Source of the DNA: Myxococcota bacterium
GTDB taxonomy: Bacteria > Myxococcota_A > UBA796 > GCA-2862545
Direction: 5' to 3'
Length of the DNA: 64,000 nucleotides
NCBI GenBank assembly: GCA_039208735.1
Contig: JBCCQY010000024.1
Span: 12,431-76,430, forward strand
Under the pieces are notes generated by a model. The model worked only from the letters and a program-made list of their open reading frames with translations. It did not search any database and was not told the DNA's origin. A program made the translations under genes and the position numbers. Below, piece after piece: positions 37,858-47,672 of this stretch; the first letter of the stretch is position 1; each line of letters begins with the position of its first letter.

Positions 37858-39939
37858 CTAGGCCTCCATCCCCACCGGCGGTTGCCAGGGAAGTCGTACA
37901 GTAAAGGTCGCACCCTGGCCCGGCGTACTGTGTACGTCGATGGTTCCGCCGTGAGCCTCCACAATGTAGCGCACGATGGCAAGCCCGATACCCGTGCCCT
38001 TTCGACGGCGAACGTTGGGATCCTGCGAACGAAAGAAGTCATCGAAGACAAAAGGTAGGTCTTTCGCTCGAATTCCGAGGCCTCGGTCACTCACTACGAT
38101 CTCGACGAAGTCTTCGGTCGATTGGACGCGGACTTCGGCGAAAGGACCGGTGGCCCCATACTTCGCTGCGTTCGACAGAAGGTTGTCAAGCACCTGTCCA
38201 ATGGCTTCGCGGTCGATGTACAGCGGCGGGAGCTGGCTTGGCAGCTCCACGTGAAGCGGGAGTCCCTGTTCGGCGAACAACGGTTTGGCCGCTTCGATGG
38301 CTTTGCGAATGCACCGCAGCGCGTCATCGTCCTTGCGAAGTCGATACCGCTTGGCCCCTCGTTCAATGGAGGCGAAGTCGAGCACGTTGTCGACAAGCCG
38401 CGTAAGGCGTTCGGATTCTCGCACGATGGCGTCGAAGTGCTGCTTCATGTCGTCGCCCGGATCAACCAGTCCAAGCTGGAGTGCCTCTCCCTTGAGTCGG
38501 ATTTGGGTGATGGGCGACCGCAGCTCGTGAGACACGTTGGCGGCGAAGGAGGCGCGCTGACGAGCGGCCTCCACTTCAAGGGCGAGCATGCGGGCGACCC
38601 AGACCACCCCCACCACCGAGATGAGGACGGCCATCAGCACCACCGCAGCTCGGATGTTGCGGCGCCGGGCCCGTGCTGCGGCGAGCGCTTTGGGATCGGT
38701 CGGGTCGACCACCACAGCGAACGAGAGGTACCGGGTGAGGTCGCGCTGAACGAGGGGTGTGCGGTTGAGGCGAGCCTCGGACGACACGATGCGCGCGGTG
38801 AGGTCAGGATCGGCGGCGTTGCGTCGTTTCACCCGCAGCGCCACATCCCGTTTGAGCCGCTCCGCCGAAAAGGAAAAGGCGTACAGGTCGTTGTTCTGAC
38901 GAATCATCGCCCAGACCGAGTCTCGACCCTGCTGGGCCGCGCTGTAGCGGAACTCCAGCTCGGTGGGCAACCGCTGGTTCACCAGATCGAGCTCGCTTTG
39001 GATCGATTCGGCCCATGCAAGTTGGCTGTCCCGTTCGTTGAGGGCGCGGCGGGTGTCGGCGAGCCACTCGGGGCTCGAATGCGACTGCAAGAGGGCCAAG
39101 ATTCGCCGCACGAGGGCCGGCTCCGCATGGCGACCCAGCGCCCAGGGAGCTTCGGTCAGCAGGTCGGTGGCAAAGTCTTCGAGCGAGCCTCGGTCCGCCT
39201 CGATGTCGACCTGTTGGATGAGCCGAATCTCGGAGTGGGTGAGTTGCCCGAGATGGTCCATGCGGATGCCCTGCCGACCTCGCAACTCGCCAAGTTCAAA
39301 CATCTGAGCCGCGCGTTCGCGGGCCGCGTTGAAGCGCTGCATGTTGGTGAGCGCACGAATCTCGCCCAGCAGCGATTCGGCGGTCAGTTCTGCGCGGGGA
39401 GAGTCGCGCGTGAGCTGGCGCCAAGATTGAAAGGCGGCGAGCGGGTTTTCGCGTTCGAGGGACCGTGAGAACCGGGCGGCCTCCCGCCAGGCAGCCGGCG
39501 GCTCGAAGGGAGGCGGGCTGACATCCATCTCGAAGGGGGCGACGAGCTGGCCGTTGCCGTCGAAACGGAACGCGGCCTTGAGGAAGTCCTTGTCGAGCCC
39601 TGATAAATCGCTGGTGACGGATTCCGCTCGTTCCAGTCGTCCAAGGGTCGCCGTTTCAAAGCGCTCGAAGATGGTGCGGAGGTCGGATTGCGCGTCCTCG
39701 GCCATGGTGCGCGCCCGACGTTGCAGCTCGCTGTCGAGCCCCGCCGGATCCGCGGCGATACCGTTGAGTGCCTGCCAGGCCAAGAATCCTGTGGGCAGGA
39801 GCATGAGAACCGCGAACACGATGACGAAGCGCAACACCTCGGAGAGGTGTTGTACGTCACGCAGAGCACGGACCTTGCCACGGCGCCGCGAGATTACCGC
39901 GACGAGCCAGGCGCGAAGGACAGCACGAACCGACGACAT
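37858..39939 (-). CDS. Membrane sensor histidine kinase with large periplasmic domain
   Basis: Two TM helices; VSHELRSP H-box, NLLSNAAKY, DRGLGI, GTGIGL. Confidence 0.95.
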   Translation of the reverse strand: MSSVRAVLRAWLVAVISRRRGKVRALRDVQHLSEVLRFVIVFAVLMLLPTGFLAWQALNGIAADPAGLDSELQRRARTMAEDAQSDLRTIFERFETATLGRLERAESVTSDLSGLDKDFLKAAFRFDGNGQLVAPFEMDVSPPPFEPPAAWREAARFSRSLERENPLAAFQSWRQLTRDSPRAELTAESLLGEIRALTNMQRFNAARERAAQMFELGELRGRQGIRMDHLGQLTHSEIRLIQQVDIEADRGSLEDFATDLLTEAPWALGRHAEPALVRRILALLQSHSSPEWLADTRRALNERDSQLAWAESIQSELDLVNQRLPTELEFRYSAAQQGRDSVWAMIRQNNDLYAFSFSAERLKRDVALRVKRRNAADPDLTARIVSSEARLNRTPLVQRDLTRYLSFAVVVDPTDPKALAAARARRRNIRAAVVLMAVLISVVGVVWVARMLALEVEAARQRASFAANVSHELRSPITQIRLKGEALQLGLVDPGDDMKQHFDAIVRESERLTRLVDNVLDFASIERGAKRYRLRKDDDALRCIRKAIEAAKPLFAEQGLPLHVELPSQLPPLYIDREAIGQVLDNLLSNAAKYGATGPFAEVRVQSTEDFVEIVVSDRGLGIRAKDLPFVFDDFFRSQDPNVRRRKGTGIGLAIVRYIVEAHGGTIDVHSTPGQGATFTVRLPWQPPVGMEA

Positions 39940-39952
39940 CGCCGGTGTCGTA

Positions 39953-41521
39953 TCACGGCAGCGGCCCCGTCAAGGTCTGCGCCCACTTCAGAATCTCTTC
40001 GCTGAACACGCCGATGACGGCTCCGAAGAGCGTGGCGACGATCCATTGGGCGGCCCGTGCAAAGGTCCGCCCGTAGTTTGCCGCCACCTCGATCTCGATG
40101 ATTTGCATCGGCAGGGCTGCCTCGGCGATGAGCCCCTCGCGGACGGTTCGTGAACCCACCACGAGTTGCAATCGCCGCGTACCGGACTTGGTCGGGGTGA
40201 TCATCCACGTCCACTCGGCTGGCTTCCCGCGGACCCCATCGGGGTCGTCGATCCACTGCGTTTCGGGACTCGCCAGTTCGATGCGGAAGCCTCCGTCAGG
40301 GGCCACGAGACGTGCCGACATCGCTTGCGTCACCTGAATGCGATGCGCAGTGAGCGTGCCCTGCATGCCCTTTCGCAAGGCGTCGTCTCCGATGGTGGCG
40401 CCCAACCGCACCACAATGGTCTCGCACTTGTCGACCCGCATGCGGCGCGGGATGTTCTCGACGAGTTCGCCATCGGCCAAGCCCGGCGGCGCCGAAGGGG
40501 GAGGGATCGACAGGGACCGGTCGCTTTCGCCTCCTCGTGTCAGGCCACCACCGGGAGCCGGCCGGGGGATCGACACCGAAGGCTCATCCTCTTCTTCGAC
40601 TTCATCGAAGGTCTCATCGGCCAGGCTGTGATCGCGGCGAACGCGCTCGCCGGCTCGGTGATCCTCGAACCGTGTGGGCTCGTCGTCCGGGATGGACTCG
40701 TAGTCCTCGAGTTCGGGGGCGGGGACGCGGTCCTGGCTGCGCCCCGTCGAAGGCTCGGCGTGGACGGTGGGAACTTCGTCGTCGAACTCGTCCACGTTCC
40801 ATGGCGCGGGCTCGAGACTCTGCCGCCCTTCCGCGAACGCATCTTCGGTGCTGCCCTTTTCCTTGGCGGCGCGCTTGGGGGCAGGGGGGACCTCGTCGTC
40901 GTAGTCGGTCGACGGTTCGTTGATGAGCGTAGCGGGGCCCGAGGCTCCTGCGTCGGGCACGGACGCCTCTTCGGTCGGTGCATCGACGACGTCTTCCTCG
41001 TCATCGTTCGCGAACTGATCCGACGGGGCGAGCGGCGGGGGAGGGGGGGCCTCCGCGGCATCCGGTCGGGGTTGAAGCCCCACCGGAGGCTCTGGCGCAT
41101 CTTCCGCCGCTACCGGCGATGCCTTTGGGGGCGGGGTGGGTGTGGTCACCGTCACCCCGAGATCGCGCAGCCAGTCGGCCACGGGCGACGGTGTTTCGAT
41201 CAGCGAAGCCACCACCGAGCCTGCATCCACTTGTGGCTGCCCAAGGGCCTGCGCGCGAGCCTCCGCTGCAGTCAGCACCTCGGTCAACGGATCATCTTGG
41301 GGAGGGATCTGCCCAAACGCCGCCGCATCGCCCGTCTGCTGCATGAGACGGGCCACGATCTGGGCCCGCAGCGTCATCAACGACCCGCTGTCGAGCTGCA
41401 ACAGGGCTCTTGCCTGGGTGGCGTCCACAAAGGCGAGCAAGAGGTGCTCGATCGTGACGGCGGCATGCGCCGACTCGAGTGCGACGCGCTGCGCTTCTGC
41501 AAGCAGCTCCTCGAGTTCCAT
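39953..41521 (-). CDS. Clp N-domain protein with acidic/Pro-rich linker, beta-rich C-domain and C-terminal TM helix
   Basis: AQRVA..H..VTIEHLLLA and A..LGQPQVDAGSVVASL (double Clp-N repeat); no Walker A motif; terminal hydrophobic helix. Confidence 0.7.
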   Translation of the reverse strand: MELEELLAEAQRVALESAHAAVTIEHLLLAFVDATQARALLQLDSGSLMTLRAQIVARLMQQTGDAAAFGQIPPQDDPLTEVLTAAEARAQALGQPQVDAGSVVASLIETPSPVADWLRDLGVTVTTPTPPPKASPVAAEDAPEPPVGLQPRPDAAEAPPPPPLAPSDQFANDDEEDVVDAPTEEASVPDAGASGPATLINEPSTDYDDEVPPAPKRAAKEKGSTEDAFAEGRQSLEPAPWNVDEFDDEVPTVHAEPSTGRSQDRVPAPELEDYESIPDDEPTRFEDHRAGERVRRDHSLADETFDEVEEEDEPSVSIPRPAPGGGLTRGGESDRSLSIPPPSAPPGLADGELVENIPRRMRVDKCETIVVRLGATIGDDALRKGMQGTLTAHRIQVTQAMSARLVAPDGGFRIELASPETQWIDDPDGVRGKPAEWTWMITPTKSGTRRLQLVVGSRTVREGLIAEAALPMQIIEIEVAANYGRTFARAAQWIVATLFGAVIGVFSEEILKWAQTLTGPLP

Positions 41522-41714
41522 TGTGTACGTCAATCCCGGAGTGCGCGGCTCCGAACGCCCCATCTTGCCTCTCCCAGACCCATGGTCGGGTGCAGCATAC
41601 CTCGCGGGGCGCCTGGATACCGTGCTCAGGTACCGCCCTCGGTCACGGGTGAAGTTTCCTCGCGCAATGGCTCACATGGATACCAAAGGGCTCGTTGCCA
41701 AGAGGAGCCTGTTG

Positions 41715-42725
41715 ATGACCTTTTTGTCCCCGCTCGAGACCAAGCCTGCCGCCGCCCGTCCCCTCCTTCGAGAGTACGCGGCGTGGCGATTTGGTCAGCG
41801 GCTTCTCACGGTCACACGGGCCATTTTTGCGTCCTGGGGCTGGCCCGTTCGGCGTGCCTCGGTCGCCCTTGAGAACGCGTTGATGCACACATTGGTGGAT
41901 GACGCCGTGGCGGATCCCGCCCGACTTTGGCCCCGCGTGGACGGGGAAGCTTGTCAGGTCGGCTTTGCGTGCATCGGCCGCGAGGATGATGCGCGAGCCG
42001 AAGCCCTGGCCCGCGCGCTGTCCCAGTCGCTCTCCGAAGACAGCATCGGGTTGCCTCCGGGGCCTCCCCAGGTCACGGACGACGCCTTCTCCATTGGAGC
42101 GTTCCAGCTGGAGCGCAACCGGTGGGTCGAACGGGCATGGCGCCACGTCGCGGACCGGGACGGACCCGAGGCGGCCACCGAAGCGGTACTACGCTGCGCC
42201 TTGCGCTACGCCGCGTTGTTCGCGGAGACGCGCCACATTGGGCCTCCGCAGCGTGTCTACGACGACTTCTACGCCTGGGGTGTCCGAAACGAGGGCTTCG
42301 CCCAGCCCTTCAACGCCCGACTCTTGGGTAAGCCCGGTGCGCGCTTTTTCAGTGCCTGCGCCGATGTCGACCTGCCGTTCGGATCGGCGGGCAACTTCTT
42401 TACGGAAGCCAAGCCCGATGGCACGGGTGCATGGTGCCTCGATCCGCCGTTTCTGCCCGACACCATCCGCAAGGTCGAAGAGCGCATTGCGGCGTGGCGA
42501 GCGCTCCCCGATGGGCCGGCTGTGTTGTTCATCATTCCGTGGTCCCACGAACTGTCGGTCAAGCCCGACGAAAGCGTGCGCCTGATGTCGGGCAAGCACG
42601 TCTACGAAGGCCTTGAAGGGACTCAGAAGCCACTGCCCGTCGACGTCGCGATCCACCGATTTGGAGAGCTCGACGGGTTCGACGCGGGAGCGATCCTCGC
42701 CGGCTACACCGCGCAGGACGCGTGA
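41715..42725 (+). CDS. PCIF1/CAPAM-like N6-adenine methyltransferase (336 aa)
   Basis: GAGGAG RBS before ATG 41715. Motifs LRY..LF, GVRNEGFAQPFN, FFSACADVDLPFGSAGNFF, GAWCLDPPF, VLFIIPW are collinear with the PCIF1 MTase domain. Confidence 0.78.
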   Translation: MTFLSPLETKPAAARPLLREYAAWRFGQRLLTVTRAIFASWGWPVRRASVALENALMHTLVDDAVADPARLWPRVDGEACQVGFACIGREDDARAEALARALSQSLSEDSIGLPPGPPQVTDDAFSIGAFQLERNRWVERAWRHVADRDGPEAATEAVLRCALRYAALFAETRHIGPPQRVYDDFYAWGVRNEGFAQPFNARLLGKPGARFFSACADVDLPFGSAGNFFTEAKPDGTGAWCLDPPFLPDTIRKVEERIAAWRALPDGPAVLFIIPWSHELSVKPDESVRLMSGKHVYEGLEGTQKPLPVDVAIHRFGELDGFDAGAILAGYTAQDA

Positions 42726-44209
42726 TGCGAGGGCTCCCCTTCGCGCTGTCCTCGGCGCCGCTCGTCCTCCTCGCCGTAGCCTGCCTTATCGCTCCAGATG
42801 CAACGGGAAGCCTTGTCAAATCAGGGTTCGACCTGTCGGCGGCATGGTTCGGCGGACCGTGGCAAGTTTTGTTCGTGGCCTATGGACTTGGTGCAGTGGC
42901 GCTCGCCGCGAGCCCGTGGGGCAAAGCGCGGCTCGGCCTTGGACCGCCTGAGTACACCTTTGCGGGTTGGGTCGCGGTGTTGGTGTGCACGTTGCTCGCT
43001 GGAGGCGGCGTGTTTTGGGTGTGTGCAGAGCCCATGTTCCACTTCACCACGCCACCCCCGGCCTTTGACGTGGCTACGGGGACGCGAGAGGCCGCCACGG
43101 TGGCGTTGGCCCAGGCCCACTTCCACTGGGGGTTCTTTGCGTGGGCCATGGTGGGGACGCTCGGGGCGGTGTCGCTCGCCGCGAGCCATTGGCTGGACGG
43201 ATTGGCCTTTCGCCCCCGGGCCCTGCTCGCCCCGTTGACGGGCGAACTGCCTGAAACGGTCGGACATCTCGCCGATGCGGTCGCGATCGTGGCCGTCATT
43301 GCGGGCACGGTCGGTCCGATCGGGTTCCTCGCCCTTCAGCTCTCGAACGCCGCCGAGGGCTTGCTCGGCATTCCGGATGGCTACGCCACGCAAATCGTTG
43401 TGTTGCTCGCCTTGGTGGCGTTGTACACGGCCTCGGCTGCGTCGGGCCTTCAGCGGGGCATTGCTTGGTTGTCGAGGGCCAACGTGATCGGTGCCATCGG
43501 ACTGGGCCTGGTCGTCTTGGTCCTTGGGCCGACGGGGTTCATCCTTTCGATCGGTCTGGACTCGTTTGGCACCTACCTCGCTTCCATTCCGTCGATGGCG
43601 TTCTTCCGGGCCGACACGGGCTGGCTGTCGTGGTGGACGGTCTTTTTCTGGGGGTGGTTCCTGGGATTCGCCCCCATGATGTCCGTCTTCGTGGCCCGCA
43701 TTAGTCGCGGCCGAACGGTGCGGGAATTGGTGCTCGCCGTCGCCGTGGCAGCTCCCTTGGTCACGCACATGTGGTTCATCGTGGTCGGAGGGACGTCGTT
43801 GTTCCTTGAACTCGATCAGCCAGGAGTGATCTCGGGTCCGTTGTCCGACGAGGGCATGGCCGCGGCGATGCTCGCGACGTTGTCGCAGCTTCCGGGTCAG
43901 GCCTTGCTGATTCCATTGTTTGTACTTTTGGTCTTCTGCTTTCTTGCCACCACCGGCGACAGCGTTGCGTTCGCGGTGAGCGTGGTGCTTTCGGGGGCAG
44001 ATGACCCGCCGGTCGGACTCCGCATCTTCTGGGCCGTGGCGATGGGGGTATTGGCGGCGGCATTGCTGGGGGTTGGTCAACAAGGGATCGACGCACTCCA
44101 GCAGTTCATCGTGATTACCGCGGTGCCGGTGACGTTTCTGGTGGTGCCTACCCTCGTGACGGGTCCGATGGGGGCGAGACGGCTCTACCAGCAACAGCAG
44201 GAGTCGTAA
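42722..44209 (+). CDS. BCCT-family (betaine/choline/carnitine) transporter
   Basis: LLAGGGVFW..AEPMFHF, FHWGFFAWA, WWTVFFWGWFLGFAP..FVARISRGRTVRE; about 12 TM helices. Confidence 0.93.
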   Translation: MMRGLPFALSSAPLVLLAVACLIAPDATGSLVKSGFDLSAAWFGGPWQVLFVAYGLGAVALAASPWGKARLGLGPPEYTFAGWVAVLVCTLLAGGGVFWVCAEPMFHFTTPPPAFDVATGTREAATVALAQAHFHWGFFAWAMVGTLGAVSLAASHWLDGLAFRPRALLAPLTGELPETVGHLADAVAIVAVIAGTVGPIGFLALQLSNAAEGLLGIPDGYATQIVVLLALVALYTASAASGLQRGIAWLSRANVIGAIGLGLVVLVLGPTGFILSIGLDSFGTYLASIPSMAFFRADTGWLSWWTVFFWGWFLGFAPMMSVFVARISRGRTVRELVLAVAVAAPLVTHMWFIVVGGTSLFLELDQPGVISGPLSDEGMAAAMLATLSQLPGQALLIPLFVLLVFCFLATTGDSVAFAVSVVLSGADDPPVGLRIFWAVAMGVLAAALLGVGQQGIDALQQFIVITAVPVTFLVVPTLVTGPMGARRLYQQQQES

Positions 44210-44248
44210 GCCCGGTTCGCCAGCTATCGTGTGCAGCGGGAGGGGCCG

Positions 44249-45583
44249 ATGCAACGACTTTGGCGGGGGTGGTGCTTCGTGTTGGCGGCGTGTCGGGGAG
44301 CGTCGCCGGCCGATCTTCCGCCTAGTTTCGTCGTTGTCGTGCTCGATGACATCGGAATCGACAAGGTTGGCCGGTACGACGTTCACCCCGATCCGGCGCC
44401 GACCCCCACCCTCGACCGTCTCGCGGACGAAGGGCTCTGGTTTCGTCATGCCTTCGCGATGCCGTCATGCACGGCGACCCGAGCTGCCTTGTTGACCGGT
44501 CGCCACGCCTTTCGGACCAAGACGGGCTCGGTGATTTGGCCCTTCGACACCACATGGGAGCTTCCGCTGCCCGAAATCACGTTGCCCGAAATGCTTGCGC
44601 AGGCTGCGATGCCCTACGACAGTGCACTGGCGGGAAAGTGGCACCTGTCGAGCAACGTGTCGCCGTCCACAACCTTCCACCCCACCCGACAAGGGTTTGG
44701 ATGGTTCTCGGGCTCCATGAACAATTTATGGGTAGATTCCGTCAACGAGAGTGGTGGGTACGGCTTCTTCGACTTTGAGAAGATCCAGCCGGATGGGTCG
44801 GTCAAGATCGAACGCCAATATGCGACGACCGACACCACGGACGACGCGGTGCGGCAATTGCGGCGACTCGAGGAGCCTTTCCTTCTCGTGGTTTCGTACA
44901 ACGGGGCTCACAATCCCTGGCACACTCCTCCTCGACGCCTGCACAGCTTCGGCAATGACTTGTCCAAGGTTGAACAGCACCTCGCCGCCACTGAAGCCGT
45001 CGACGCAGAACTCGGCCGGTTGGTGGACAGCATGCCGGACGACCTTCGGCAACGAACCTACGTGATCGTGGTGGGCGACAACGGTACACCTTCCACCGTC
45101 ACCACTGCTCCGAGCGACCCTGACCAAGCGAAGGGAACGGTGTGGGAGGGAGGGGTTCGCGTGCCCATGGTCGTCACCGGGCCGCGGGTGCCACAGGGTG
45201 AGGTCAGCGACGCGCTGATCTCGGTGGTTGACCTCTTTCCGACGCTTGCCGCCATCGCCGAGGTGCCCTTGGAGGATGTCGACGTGGTGGGGCCCTTGGA
45301 CGGGGTGTCCCAGGCCGAGGTGTGGCATGGCACAGCCGACGCGGCCCGTGCGTCGGTGTACCTTGAGGCGATGTCCCACACGGGGCCCGGACCCTGGGCG
45401 GTCCATGACCGAGCGATGCGGGACGAGCACTACAAAGTGGTGCAGCGGGTCGACGGTGAGGTTTCGTTGCACCGTCTTGACCAGCCGATTCTCGACGATG
45501 GGCCAGATCTTCTCGCGGACGAACTCAACGATGAGGCTCGCGAGGCGTTTCTACGGCTGAGCGCAGAACTCGCTGTCCGCTAA
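44249..45583 (+). CDS. Formylglycine-type sulfatase (lipoprotein)
   Basis: LDDIG, CTATRAALLTGR, GKWHL, GDNG, KGTVWEGGVRVP; VLAAC lipobox. Confidence 0.92.
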   Translation: MQRLWRGWCFVLAACRGASPADLPPSFVVVVLDDIGIDKVGRYDVHPDPAPTPTLDRLADEGLWFRHAFAMPSCTATRAALLTGRHAFRTKTGSVIWPFDTTWELPLPEITLPEMLAQAAMPYDSALAGKWHLSSNVSPSTTFHPTRQGFGWFSGSMNNLWVDSVNESGGYGFFDFEKIQPDGSVKIERQYATTDTTDDAVRQLRRLEEPFLLVVSYNGAHNPWHTPPRRLHSFGNDLSKVEQHLAATEAVDAELGRLVDSMPDDLRQRTYVIVVGDNGTPSTVTTAPSDPDQAKGTVWEGGVRVPMVVTGPRVPQGEVSDALISVVDLFPTLAAIAEVPLEDVDVVGPLDGVSQAEVWHGTADAARASVYLEAMSHTGPGPWAVHDRAMRDEHYKVVQRVDGEVSLHRLDQPILDDGPDLLADELNDEAREAFLRLSAELAVR

Positions 45584-45589
45584 GGCGCC

Positions 45590-46711
45590 TTAGTCGCATC
45601 CGGGGAGATCTTCGATCCATTCACTCACGACCTGCAAGCCCAACGCGTCCGCGATGAGCGAACCTGCGGGAGGCATCGCGTCTTCGCCTCGACGGGTCAT
45701 GCGCTCGATGACGATGGAGCGCGCGGGGTCGCCCGGTGCGATGAGCTGCGCATCTTCGATGCCAAAGCTCGTGATGTCGGACTCGATGCTGCACAGGCCC
45801 ATGTCTGCGAGAGGGGTCGTGCGTCGCGCATCGAACTCGGACCGACCCTGGAACTCGCTGTCAGGACGGTGACAAGACCCGCAATTGACGTCCAAGTAGG
45901 CCCGGGCGAGTTCTTCGGTGGAGGCCTCGGGGGACTGCCGGGAGGGCAGCGCCTCGGCGGACTCCGGTTCGCTCGGCGGATTTGTGAACAACCCAATGTG
46001 GGCCATCGTGACCAACTGATGACCAAATCGACCCGTCGACGGGTAGTACGTGCCCGTGGCCAGCTGTTCGGTCCGAAGCCCGAGCGTGATGCCCGCGGCG
46101 CGGGTGTGGCACTCCACGCACTGCTGGGCTGACGGAATGTTCCAAGCGCCTGTACCCGTCGTGATGATGCGGCCCTGCGGGCTGTACTCGGCATCGGTGA
46201 GGGTCGCGTTCCAAGCGTAGCTGTAGCCACGCCACTCATCGAAGTACCTGACGTAAAGTCGGGTCTCAATCGGTTGGTCGCTCCTCGAGAACTGCTTGAC
46301 GATGACCGTGCCGGCCGGGAACGACCACACGCCGTCTTCTCCGATGGTGATTTGCTCACCGTCGGGCAACGCCAACCATCGCTCTTTGTCGGCGCCATCT
46401 GACCAAAATTGATGGGCTGTTTCGTACGGAATGAGACCCGGCAGCGGTACGCGCGGGTCTTGCGGGTCCATGCAACCCGTTTGGGAAAGCATGACCGGAA
46501 ATTCGCTTGAACCTGAGTTCAACGCCCCGAACGCTGTACATGTCGGGTTCGAAGGCCGCTCGTCGAGGCCATAGGAAGGCAGCGGCGACCCGGTCTCTGC
46601 CGTTGGTTGCGGCATGGGAGGGGGTAGCAACGTAATTGGGCTGTCATCGTCAGCGCCGCCGCCAGAGCAGGCCACCGCCACGCCCACGATCCACCCGGAC
46701 CAGGACTTCAT
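45590..46711 (-). CDS. Diheme c-type cytochrome lipoprotein (SO2930-like)
   Basis: CVECH and CGSCH; LSQTG, FWSDGADKERW, FPAGTVIVKQF, IETR, ARAYLDVNC, MPP. Confidence 0.85.
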   Translation of the reverse strand: MKSWSGWIVGVAVACSGGGADDDSPITLLPPPMPQPTAETGSPLPSYGLDERPSNPTCTAFGALNSGSSEFPVMLSQTGCMDPQDPRVPLPGLIPYETAHQFWSDGADKERWLALPDGEQITIGEDGVWSFPAGTVIVKQFSRSDQPIETRLYVRYFDEWRGYSYAWNATLTDAEYSPQGRIITTGTGAWNIPSAQQCVECHTRAAGITLGLRTEQLATGTYYPSTGRFGHQLVTMAHIGLFTNPPSEPESAEALPSRQSPEASTEELARAYLDVNCGSCHRPDSEFQGRSEFDARRTTPLADMGLCSIESDITSFGIEDAQLIAPGDPARSIVIERMTRRGEDAMPPAGSLIADALGLQVVSEWIEDLPGCD

Positions 46712-46775
46712 CCTCACACCACCCCTGTCGGAACCCCGCGACGCGCGTTTTATCACATCGATCCGGATACGCGAC

Positions 46776-47609
46776 TCACGATCGTTCCTGGCCTAAGCCC
46801 CCGGCCGTACGTGTGGCTTCTTCGATGGTGCGGGCGAGTACGGATCGGATTTTTCCGTCTTCCATCGTCAGAAGTCCCGCGATGGTGCACCCAGCCGGAG
46901 TGGTGACTTCATCTTTGAGCGCAGCCGGATGTTTGTTGGTTTGAAGCACCATTCGTGCGGCTCCCTGGACCGTCTGGGCCGCCAACTCGACTGCAACGTC
47001 GCGAGGCAGGCCCATGCGAACCCCTCCATCGGCCAACGCCTCGAGGATCACACAGGCAAATGCGGGACCGCTGCCCGACAATCCGGTCACCGCATCGAGA
47101 TGGGTTTCGTCGAGGATTCGGCACCGGCCTACTGCGGTGAAGATGCGCTGAACCAAGGCAAGTTGCTCGGGGGTTGCACGCGGACCGGGGGCCAGCACCG
47201 TCATGCCCTCACGAATGAGGCTTGGGGTGTTGGGCATGGCGCGGATCAGGTGGGCGTCAGGGACCCAGCCGTTGAGCTGAGCCGTGGTGACGCCAGCGCA
47301 GAGGCTCACCAAAACCTTACCTTGGAGCGCTTGAGCGACCCCGGGAGCCGTGAGCACGTCACGGGCGTTCTTCGGTTTCACCGCAAGGATGGCGATGTTG
47401 GCCATGCCCACGGCCACTACCGTGTCGCGCTCGATGTCGACGGGGTACTTCGCCAGTCGCTCGGCCACGACGTCGCGGCGTACCGTGACCACGCGCACTT
47501 GAGGGGCTTGTGGCGCGGCCAAGAGCCCCTGCAAGATGGCTTCACCGAGCGTGCCGCACCCGAGGATGGCCACGTGTTCAGAACCGGATGGGGAGTTGGG
47601 CTGGTCCAT
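46776..47609 (-). CDS. proC: Pyrroline-5-carboxylate reductase
   Basis: ILGCGTLG, LAVKP, RAMPNTP, GLSGSGPA, VTTPAGCTI. Confidence 0.96.
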   Translation of the reverse strand: MDQPNSPSGSEHVAILGCGTLGEAILQGLLAAPQAPQVRVVTVRRDVVAERLAKYPVDIERDTVVAVGMANIAILAVKPKNARDVLTAPGVAQALQGKVLVSLCAGVTTAQLNGWVPDAHLIRAMPNTPSLIREGMTVLAPGPRATPEQLALVQRIFTAVGRCRILDETHLDAVTGLSGSGPAFACVILEALADGGVRMGLPRDVAVELAAQTVQGAARMVLQTNKHPAALKDEVTTPAGCTIAGLLTMEDGKIRSVLARTIEEATRTAGGLGQERS

Positions 47610-47672
47610 GACCGCCTCCTCGGGGAACGGAGCGCCCTCGCGTCGGGGTAACCTGCCCCCGAGGACGTTTTC

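Noticed and set aside
41136..41714. N-terminal extension of the PCIF1-like ORF given in the track
   Set aside because: Largely antisense to the Clp-N gene; the RBS supports ATG 41715, though 41667 and 41676 remain possible.
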